Program-made: the position numbers and the translations under genes
Part shown: positions 24,686-34,423 of the stretch, piece by piece
Numbering within the stretch: the stretch's first letter is position 1
Layout: the number at the start of each line of letters is the position of its first letter
From: Takakia lepidozioides
Taxonomy: Eukaryota; Plantae; Bryophyta
Direction: 5' to 3'
Length of the DNA: 64,000 nt
Assembly (NCBI GenBank): GCA_030704615.1
Contig: CM060732.1
Location: 19,840,001-19,904,000, forward strand
Notes under the pieces: model-generated
What the model was told of the DNA's origin: nothing
Seen by the model: the letters and a program-made list of their open reading frames with translations, nothing else
Databases searched by the model: none

Positions 24686-27600
24686 ATGTTGTTGTTGTGG
24701 GTTTTGGGTATGAAGAAAAATATAAAGTCTGAGCAGGCAGAAACAGATGCAAAGGGCTCTGGAGAAGGGGACGACTCCACGAAGAGTTCTAAGAACAGCG
24801 AAGACATCGACGAGCCTAAATTGCACTACCTTGACAAGGTGAAAGAACTGATGTCATATCAGAAGGTAAATTCCCAGGAGGTTATTAGGGACATGATCGT
24901 CTCTGGAGGACGTCTTGAAATCCCTCTCTGCCGGATGATCTCCATGCCTGTTGTTCGTCCTCCACTTTCGCATGACATTACCAAGTTGGAAACAGATTTC
25001 GTGCACGGGTATAGAATGGGTGCACAAGTTTTTTACGTCTCACTGAAGGATACTAATGGTCACAGCACAAAAGTGAGCCCAGAGATTACGGACAACTGGG
25101 ATGACTGCTGGAAGGATGTGAACGACGAGTTCGAGGACTCTCTGCTGCTTGGACATAACACCCAGCAGTTCTGCAACCACATGTTCTATGTCTGGGACGG
25201 GAACCATCGCCTGCTAGCTTGGATGGGGTACATTGCGAAACACCATTCAAAAGACAAGGACAAACATTATGATGTGGAGGCAATGGTTCTAGATCCTGGG
25301 AACGACATCGCGAGACTTCTGACAGCTATGCATGACGTGAACAAGTAGGACTTCCTCAAAAACCCATTGCCTTTCAAATTGCATGTTGTGCGCATTTCGA
25401 GTCCAAACGTTAAATATTTCTTACCTATGCAATGTGTATTCCATGTTTGCAGATCGACAAAGAAATCGCATGTTACTACGAGCTTGGTCCACACACTATT
25501 CCGCATTCAAAGAATAGGTTTGATGAAGCTTGATGAGTTCCGCATAGTGCTACATCCTGATGTCATCAAGAAGTGCGAAACATGAAGAGCTGCAGGGACC
25601 TGATACTCGTTGACCCGAGATGCATTTTTGGAGTACATGTATGCGGTATGGCCCAACCCACTTCTTCCTATCTTATTCAATACAAATTTGCAATTGTATG
25701 TCTGGTAATCCAATCGTTGTTACTTGCAGCAAGAACTGGCAGAGGCCGCTGAGAGGGGGAAATCTGAGTACTACCGCACTACAGCAGAAGAGCTGAGGAC
25801 TGCTAAAGGTGTTGGAGCAGCCATAAAGAAGGAGTACGAGATAAGGAGGACGAAGCTGATGTCGGCCTTCCTGAAGCAATTGAGAATAGTGGATCCCGGA
25901 CTTGGGGAGGAGTTCCTTCTCCAAATCAAATCCCACTACGACAAGCATGTACATCCATAGATGCAACATGAGAAATTGCACAGGCTGGCTCTCTCTATGG
26001 TTGACCCCCAGACAAAAGTTAGATGGCTTGAGATTTGGAACTCAGATCAGACGGTGAAGGATCTGAATCAGTTCCCAAAAAGCACAATCCAGCCTGGCAC
26101 CATGGTCGAGGGAATAAGTGACATTGTTTTTTAATCAGTGGCTTCACAAGGCCACATTTTGGAGTCAGGTATTTGTGGATTCAAGTACCTGTTGTATATG
26201 AAATATCCTATAGCTTTGTCATGCGCAATTCTGATACATGTTCCCATTGCAGCTGGAGAAACGCGCCATTCTTGTCCTGGAGCAGAATTTGAAGGACTTG
26301 AATATTTCGATGGTCTCACCACCACAGATGACCTTGGAGGCGTACATTAGAAAGTGGAAAGGTCTCACGTGGCGGTACTGTTTTTTCCGTGAGTTCTCCA
26401 AGAATGGCAACATATTGAGGTCGAACGATTTCGACAGTCAAGTTGGAGGGGAGTGGGCGATGATGCATGTTGTGTACAGGTGCAGTGCCTTAAGCCTATC
26501 CATCACATTCTTTGAACTTTTGTCATGCCTCATTGAGAAAAGCTTAATATTTCTTTTCTGCCACACATCAGTTTGGTGATGGTCGGTACCGATCGTCACA
26601 TCCACTGCTATGATGTTCTCCGGTCAAACAGTTGTCACTGCAGATCATGTCCATGTTTCCATCCTTAATCCTGCCTCTGTTATCATAGGCAGTCTGTTTC
26701 TGATGAATGAAGTGATGGTCGGTGCCGACCATCACATTTCCCAGTTGTGCAGTCTACATAATCATAAGGATTTGCCAACCCATGTTGCATTCTCTCTCAT
26801 GTGAAAGTGATGATCGCCACCGACCATCAGTTTCTTCTGCTTTTTGATATCTTGTTTTGGGGGATGGTGTTTGTTTGAGCCTCCGCAAGTACACTAAATA
26901 TGTGCTGATGGAAGGAAAACACCTGAGTGGAATCCCAGATTACCTGGACATGTGGTCCGACCCTGCCAACGATCCCACCATGTACACAGCTGGTATCTTG
27001 AGGGACTGGAGTCCTGCCCACTTCAGGGACTGTGGATGGTACCTTGACTGCCCTCCATAGCACACGACATTTCAAGAGCAGCATATGAAGTATATGAACA
27101 ACCATGCGGAGATGCTGGCACCTTTGAACGACGAAGAATACCAGAGGAACATTGCTTCATTGGCCGCCAAGGAGCCAGACGCGCAGAGAACTCCACAGAA
27201 AGGCAGGAAGGCGGGTCGCAAGGTGAAAGATCCAAAGGCTCCGGAGGTAGTAGCCAAGTCACCTGGGAAGCCTAAGGAGAAAGAGAAGGAGAAGGGGAAG
27301 GAGAAGGCGAAGGAGAAAGAGAAGGAAAAGGAGAAAGAGAAGGACAAGGAGAAGGACAAGGAGAAAGATGAGACCGCTGGGAGGTACACCTGCACTATTG
27401 AATGCGTTTTCGATGCCAAGCCACACCCTTCCCGTGCGGACTTGGCAGGGCAGATCAAGATTGTGAATGAGGGATGGCTGGCGATGATGGAGACTCGGAG
27501 AAAGAGTTACTCGGGGGTGCCATCACCGACTTGGGATAACATGATTTCATTTCTTAATCTGGTAAGAATCTTTCTCTTCACATGGGACTTTCAAAATTGT

Positions 27601-29100
27601 GAATGCCAATGTAGATGATGGTTTCTGTTGGGACCCTCATTTTTGTTTGACTTGAAATTCTACCTGTATGCTGCAAGAGAGCACTGGTCCCTCATTCGTA
27701 TGCGGTGTTCAAAAAACCTTTGCCGCTGACATGGTCATCCTTGACATCCCAGACGGCCAGCCTGTCCCTGACGTTCCTCCAAAGGGAAATACTCCATCCT
27801 GGAACAAATTCGATGAGAACTACTGGAGTTGGGTATTCGGATTCTGCAATAATTTCCTTTCAGATGCAGGAACGCTTTTGCTCTTCCAATCATGTGACAA
27901 GGATAGTCGTAGGGGACTGGCATTATACCCGAAGTCGTCTGGGTTCGAAATTCTGAGGACATGGAATTGTGTGAACATCCTGTACCTTCTGAAAGGTGGT
28001 TGCCCTGGACAGATGGCACCACCCTCCTCTGAACTGTTTCCCAATGTCTTTTCAGTTGTTTCTGCTGGCTTGCTCTACCACCATATGTGATGATCGGCAC
28101 CGATCATCACAAAAACATTCCATTGTAGTTTTCATTTGCAGTCCATGTTCTGTTCTTTCCTGCGCCAGAATTTTCCATGTCTCACTCTTGCCTTGCATCT
28201 TTGCCAGACAAGGATGTTTGAGGCAATCTGCCTAAGGAGGATTCGCACCTCCAAAACACCTTCCTCCGTTCGCAGCTTTGAAATTTCCGACCATGGGTGT
28301 TTCATCAACCCCCCATATGAACCGCATGTGGATGACATGCTGTACAATTTCATGCACTCCAGTCAGACAGCCAAAAGACCAGATGGGTTTCCGTGGAGAG
28401 GTGCAAGGGAGAGAACCCCAACGTTCATGCAGACGCTCTTGGAGTCATGCAGCCACCATTCTGCAAGGGTGGTTGACCTCACACTATCCACAGGTTCGTT
28501 GGTTCAATACTGTTTTCATTCTCAAGGTCTTCCAGTTTGCATCCGATTTTGCATCCTCTACAACCTTCTTGAGGCTTTTTGTCTTGGCAGGTGCGACTTA
28601 CCGTGCTTGCAAGGTTGGTGGGAGAAGCCTTTTTGGCATGGAGGGTGACACCAAACTATTCAAGAGTGTCCTCCTCCCTCTTGTGTCTGACTCTACGTTT
28701 GGTACATAGACTGAACAAATTCAAATCAGAAATGATGAGGATACCGAGGATAAGCAGATCGACAACGACTTCTCATGTGAGTAAGTCGGCCATGGAAATG
28801 TCATTCCAGTTTGGGTGCTTGTTCAATTTCGCAGACATCAAATTTGTAGTAATAACTTTTATCATGCTTTGACTTGCAGGAACGGCAACGATGGATCTTC
28901 AGGAGAAACCCCCATTTGTGCCGAGACTGTTTTCGACAGTCCCCTTTCCACTTTTGTGCTTCCTGTCTATGCCGAAGCAATGGCACTTCAAATGGCGGAG
29001 GCTCTATCCCCTGACTTCTTATTGCCCGATCGCAGGAGTAGCCACATAGATCCGGAGTTCTTAAATTCTTGGACTTGGATGCAGAGGACGCGGGGATACA
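24686..29100 (+). pseudogene. Multi-exon transposon passenger gene: ParB/Srx-like domain, KE-rich linker, beta-class N6A/N4C DNA methyltransferase-like domain
   Basis: FYVWDGNHRLLAW (ParB-like); DMVILDIPDG (27728-27757, motif IV position); FCNNFLSDAGTLLLF; RGARERTPTFMQTLLESCSHHSARVVDLTLSTG/ATYRACKVGGRSLFGMEGD (motifs X-I-II). GT-AG junctions at ~25344/25453, 25645/25730, 26168/26253, 28493/28591. Several premature stops. Confidence 0.72.
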
Positions 29101-29896
29101 TTGTACTGACTCTGAGTCAGACTGAACTTCGCATTTTTTATGTTCTATTTATATCCTATTCGGAACTGATTGAATTCCCTTGCCTCATTGCATTTGTTCC
29201 GGCAGAAAAGAAAATGAATCAAACAATCTACTCGGATTCAAATGTCAATCTTCATGAATCCATCCCACAAACCCCTCACACTCATGTCATATCCATTGTG
29301 CATTCATCTATTGTGTATTCATGCATCCTCCATTCAAGAATGTTTTCCACCATTCAACATCCATCCCACATTCATCCATTCGGGTGGGCCGACTCCTACC
29401 CGGCGGGGTTAGTATGCCGCCCCGAGGCGCGCAGAGGGAGCGAGTCTGTTGGGCCCACAAAACACCTGAAATATTCTAGTGACGACCGAAGGTCGGAAGC
29501 TAGTTTAGCGTAGAGCAGGAATAGGGTGCCATAGTGCCACATCATCGTTGCCACGTTTCGTCGCCACGTCATCGTCGTCGTCAATTTCCTTGGAACCTGC
29601 CCGAAATGCCCGAAAAGCAGCGCGGGGAAGGGATGCCCCAGCGTGCTCAAGCGCGGAGGGGTTTCACACAATGTGGTGAGGGCACCTTCTTCTTCGACCT
29701 ATTTCAGCCTATTTTGCCTCTCATCAGACTCGGCCTTGATATGCATGTTATCATAGTCGTCCTAAATTTGATGTTGAACTCTGTAAGTTAGCTCGTTGGT
29801 GGATCTATGGTGGTTTTGGAGTGATTTTGACATGTTACTGCCAATGTGGCAACATGAAAGAATCAGAAAACAGATAACATTGACGAGGAGAAGCTC

Positions 29897-30100
29897 TGGA
29901 ATGCTCACCTCAATGATGACCGCAGCTTCTGAAAGAGGATCAAGAGAGGGAGTCCACAATGCCTCTTCTGGCACTTCTGCGCATGTGAAGATGTTTTGTG
30001 AGGCAGGCAGACTGACAGAGGCTCTACAGACTTTAAACCAAGGAGGCATTTCAGCAAATTCAGATACCTATGTCTGTCTCTTGCTTAAGTGCATCAAGAT
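29897..30100 (+). pseudogene. PPR paralogue 2, 5' fragment (inverted relative to its downstream part)
   Basis: MMTAASERGSREGVHNASSGTSAHVKMFCEAGRLTEALQTLNQGGISANSDTYVCLLLKCIK is near-identical to the N-terminus at 18870-19064 (-). Confidence 0.88.
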
Positions 30101-30385
30101 CAGGGATGCCTCGGCGTGAGCCTGGTGGCGTGAGCGCAGCCGCGCTCACGCCACGTCACCTTGAACGACGCCACGTCACCGGGCTCACTCCCCGTCATCG
30201 AGCTTAAACGCCACGTCAACGCGCGCCAAGTAAGAAGCAGAGTGTATTTCCGCGGAAGAGCACCCTCAACCGCGGAAACAAGTTGGACGAATTAGTAAAA
30301 GGACGTGGTCATCCCCACATGAAAGCAACAGTTGAATGCAAGATGGATGAATGTAGAGTGGATGAGAAATATATGGATGTGTGGG
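30101..30385. mobile_element. Displaced MTase-side terminus of a MULE (probably copy 2)
   Basis: Starts CAGGGATGCCTCGGCGTGAGCC. 30272-30302 (GCGGAAACAAGTTGGACGAATTAGTAAAAGG) matches the MTase-side end of copy 4 at 44244-44275, followed by the same GGATG-rich subterminal tract. Confidence 0.7.
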
Positions 30386-32368
30386 AACAATGACCCCTAG
30401 CCACCCACGGCCCCGCCACAACCACATGTGAGTCCCAATTATCAAACAATGAGAAGCATTTAAAAGTCCTTCAAGTGGAAATAAGAAACTCAATCTTGCA
30501 CATAATGTACATGGAGCAAGATTAGGTCTTCGTCTGACCTTACGGACAGTGCCGGATCGTCGTGTAGTTGACGATGGACGAGTGGTTGTGCGATTCGTGT
30601 TCGCCACGCTTCTCAAGCTGATTCGTTAATTACCTGGAAATAGCTGACGGTAACCTGGATGGATGATTTATAAATGATTTGGAAAAGTTTAAAGGACGAC
30701 AAACAGGTTAAATCCTATTCGGCAGAAGACTGGATGAACAGAAACCAATAAATGGTACTCCTTAATAAATAAAAGCAACCATGTCACGTTTAATTATTAT
30801 CTTCTATTTATTACCACTTTCTTGTAATACGTACATCAATTTCATTCATAAACATGGCCCTGTCAGAAGTAAAATAAAAAACAATAACCGTTTATATTTT
30901 CGATTTAAATTAGATTGGCTTGCTTCTCAGGGGGGCGAAGATTCTAGGGCGTCATCCAAAATCCATCGAATAGAGGATGGGATGAATCCATCCATCTTAG
31001 GCCATGTTAGGTTGGGTGGGTGAAGAAGCAAGGTGAGAGCCACACTCACTTCCGACACCGCATTCAAGGTACACGCACTCACCGGCATGTCAGAAAGGCT
31101 CCACTACTTTTTCTCCGCGTTGTGTGTAGTTAGATCTTAAATTGGCATATGCTCAGAGATGCACCAACTGTATTGATGTGTGGACCTAATTGGAGCACAA
31201 AGTTTGCATTCATCATGGTACGAAACTGCATCGATATCATGTCCTTGTTGGTGATCCTTTGAACGACGTTGGCTTCGTGGTATTGTCTGATCGATGTGAG
31301 GATTTCGAATCCCTGTCTTGCCGCCTATTTTAATGATCCCGAACCATGTGCTTATTCCTAACTGAATTGCCTATGTAGTTAGAAAGCAAAAGGAAATATG
31401 GGAAAAAGCTGCGGGTACTCATGTGCCTCACTAGAACAACCCGGAGTTCTCTTACAAGTGCTACCAAGTCCCTCGAATATCCGAGTGAAAAAAACTCGGC
31501 CAACCCCTTCCGAAACAACAATTAAAAATCCAATCGTGATGCCAAACCTACTTCTCTCCCTGGTTTGTTCCCTCACTGGAAACTATTTTTTTTTCAAGGA
31601 ATTATCCGTCTGCGGGACGAAGTTGTACTTGCTGTGTCAGACTTGACATCACCTAGCGTGACCTGAAATATATGGAAATTTTCCGTCGGAGGCAACTCAC
31701 ACTCCGTGCTAAGTATACTCTTATCTTTGAAAACCTGGTCACACCAGCCAAAGAATATTTGTCACACAGTTGAGACAAAAGCCAACTCTTTTGACGTCCA
31801 TCACAACTGACTGTGAAAGGCCTACACTATAGTCAGTTCTAAAATTTTCTCATTACACCCAGTATAGCAACCTTAGCAACAAACCTGAAAAGCTGAATTT
31901 CGTAGGTGGCGGACTTTCTCATTCCATTAGAATATTCTTACATCGGGTACCTGGTCAGGGTGCCTACCGGGAATAGGCTGGGTCCTGGAGTGGGCATTTC
32001 ATCACCAACTATCAACAAACACCAAGCCACTGATTACCGGTGGCCATAGGCTGCTCGGGTCTACCTCAAATACTTGGCCATCTGAGGTGGTTTATAAGAT
32101 TTGACCAAGAAAGCTCATGAACTGTGTAAGTGCAGAATGATCTGTACAAGTGAGAGGGACGCTTAAGCAAGCTCCTTCTACAAAGAATTCCTCAAATGGA
32201 AGTCCACAAGACACCCCACAATGTCGGGGCTATGGAGTCTGGGTGCTTCCTGGACAGATGTCAAACTTTATTTATCTACTTCCGACAGGTTGACAAATTA
32301 TCGACAAACCATCTGGACATCACGGTGCCTGGACACCCCTTAAAGGGTGGCGGGCCAAAACTTTACTC

Positions 32369-34423
32369 TCAACGGCGTCTCTTCATCAATTTATACCGAA
32401 GAACTACGAAGACAAGTATACGATAGAATACAGCAAAGCCGGCTATGATTCCCACATCTGTCCACTTGTTTTCTCTGTCCAATCCTGCCTCCACCAGGAC
32501 GTCATGGCCTGTGAGTAGGCAGTGGCCTCCATACACGGGTCCGAAGCACTTGTCGCGGACGTATGAGTATTCGTTGATCAGTAGGGCATCGAGTGGATAC
32601 TTGAACAATGAGGTATAGTGTAGGCCGAGCCAGAACTTGGGCATGTAATCTTTGGAAATGAAATAGCCGGAGAAAAGGAAGAAAGCTCCCATGAATCCTG
32701 TGATCAGTGTATTTCCCACGATGAAGTTCGATACGAGAGCACTGAAGAACGCAACGAAAGAGTTGGCCATGACAACTGTGAGCCATATGACCAGTAAGAA
32801 AAAGAAGAATGAACCGTAGTGAGGCGCCAATCCCACCAGAAAGTACACAGGTGTTGTGTACAATATCGCGAGTAAGAACAAGAATGGGACGAACACAATC
32901 GTGCTGGAGACGACGTAAGAGGAAATGCGGTACGCCCCTCTTGATGTTTCTCTGGTAAGTATCTGTTTCTCTTCCAGGAAGATAGGGAGAGCCTCAATAC
33001 TAGATGTGAGCAGAAAAGTAAGACTAAAGGCCAGGAATCCAACACGCTCCCGCGCTCCACGTGAACCAAAGCCCATGCGCCAGTAGATGGATCCAAGGCC
33101 AAGGCCTGCTATAACCGCCTGGACAGTGCGTGCCGTGAACAGCTGCTTCGTCCGGAAAATGTTTCTAGAAAACCTCTCTGCCAGAATCATGATTTCCTTC
33201 ACGTTGGAGTTTGCAAACATTACTTTATCCTCTTCCTGAGACTCCAGTCTAGTGATTAATGGAGAGGGACAACCTTTCTCCACGTCGGGAGCTCGAGTCG
33301 GATCCAGCTCAAAGAGCTCCTGTAGTGACAAGACCGGGACATTTGTCTTTCCCTTCACTGAGAAAATCCCACTACGGTCTGATTCCAGAGCGTCGATAGC
33401 ATCAATGGCATACTCCAGCACATTTACTTGCGGCGGGATGCGATGTCCGGCAGCAGCCAGGCGTGCCGTAAGCAGCTCAAGCGATCCATGATGTACCACA
33501 GCGCCTTGGGCCAGTAACAGGATGGAGTGAATAAGCTGCAATATCCGATATCCAGGCTGATGAATACTGAGAATGATCGTGCGCGCGTGGGTTACGGCCA
33601 TTGTGCGTAGCATGCCCACAACTTGCAATGCTGCTGCACTGTCCAGACCTGATGTAGGCTCATCCAGTATGAGTACAGCGGGATCGTGAATGACGTCCAC
33701 ACCGATGGACACCCGCCGACGCTCCCCTCCTGACAGTCCACGAATGGTTTCATTGCCTATTTTTGAGGTAGCTACATGATCGAGTCCAAGCTCGGCCATC
33801 AAGGCATCCACTCTTGCCAGTTTCTCAGTCATGGGCACAGTCGAAGGTAACCGCAAACGAGCACTGTACAGCAAAGTTTCCTTCACAGTAAGCATGGGGA
33901 AAAGCGCATCATCCTGCATCACATACCCTGATATTCTGCGAAAATGCTGCATGTCCATGGGTTTCCCATTTACAAGAATGCTGCTGGAAGGGCTACTGGG
34001 GCGGATGCGGCCTGCCAGCATCTCTAAAAGAGTCGACTTTCCTGCACCACTTGGACCCGCGACTGCAAGCATTTCCCCTGGGCGTGCCTCACACGTGATG
34101 TGCTTGAGCACATAATGCCCCGCCTTGCTTCTGTACTGCTCAATGTCCGCCTTCATACTTTGAAGCATTCCATTTGGAGGCTCCTCACGCTTGACAATTT
34201 TATATGATAGATTTCTCACCTCAATCTCATAAGTCTTAGTTCGTGAGGGCGAAGGTGATGAAGACGCCACAGCCACCTGCGACGCCTTGACATGAGGGCG
34301 TAAGCCACCAGCACCCTGTGATCTCCCCGTGCACACACCAGAACAACAGCAGACAATGTGACTTCGAGTGCCCCCGCTCGAGGTCCGTTTGTCGTCCCGC
34401 AACTGCCCAACCTGGGAGGCCAT
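32369..34423 (-). CDS. ABC transporter G family half-transporter (WBC type, ABCG5/ABCG10-like), intronless
   Basis: 684-aa intact ORF: Walker A GPSGAGKST, Q-loop YVMQDD, signature LSGGERRRV, Walker B LILDEPTSGLD, H-loop SIHQP, C-terminal ABC2 membrane domain. Confidence 0.95.
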   Translation of the reverse strand: MASQVGQLRDDKRTSSGGTRSHIVCCCSGVCTGRSQGAGGLRPHVKASQVAVASSSPSPSRTKTYEIEVRNLSYKIVKREEPPNGMLQSMKADIEQYRSKAGHYVLKHITCEARPGEMLAVAGPSGAGKSTLLEMLAGRIRPSSPSSSILVNGKPMDMQHFRRISGYVMQDDALFPMLTVKETLLYSARLRLPSTVPMTEKLARVDALMAELGLDHVATSKIGNETIRGLSGGERRRVSIGVDVIHDPAVLILDEPTSGLDSAAALQVVGMLRTMAVTHARTIILSIHQPGYRILQLIHSILLLAQGAVVHHGSLELLTARLAAAGHRIPPQVNVLEYAIDAIDALESDRSGIFSVKGKTNVPVLSLQELFELDPTRAPDVEKGCPSPLITRLESQEEDKVMFANSNVKEIMILAERFSRNIFRTKQLFTARTVQAVIAGLGLGSIYWRMGFGSRGARERVGFLAFSLTFLLTSSIEALPIFLEEKQILTRETSRGAYRISSYVVSSTIVFVPFLFLLAILYTTPVYFLVGLAPHYGSFFFFLLVIWLTVVMANSFVAFFSALVSNFIVGNTLITGFMGAFFLFSGYFISKDYMPKFWLGLHYTSLFKYPLDALLINEYSYVRDKCFGPVYGGHCLLTGHDVLVEAGLDRENKWTDVGIIAGFAVFYRILVFVVLRYKLMKRRR

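Larger units (their letters stand above)
20390..29380. mobile_element. MULE copy 2: transposase (-) and divergent ParB/MTase-like gene (+); promoter region deleted
   Basis: Starts CAACGGCGCAATGGCGTGAGC directly after a PPR breakpoint. Same two-gene layout as copy 4. Both genes lack their first exon or 5' end at ~24055-24120. Confidence 0.8.

Noticed and set aside
29381-29668. GC-rich segment with GCCACGT repeats as the true right terminus of MULE copy 2
   Set aside because: No TSD match to 20381-20389 and no match to the copy 4 subterminal sequence, unlike 30101-30385; origin unresolved.
31290-31330. tRNA/SINE-like B-box (GATTTCGAATCCC)
   Set aside because: No convincing A-box, cloverleaf or TSD.
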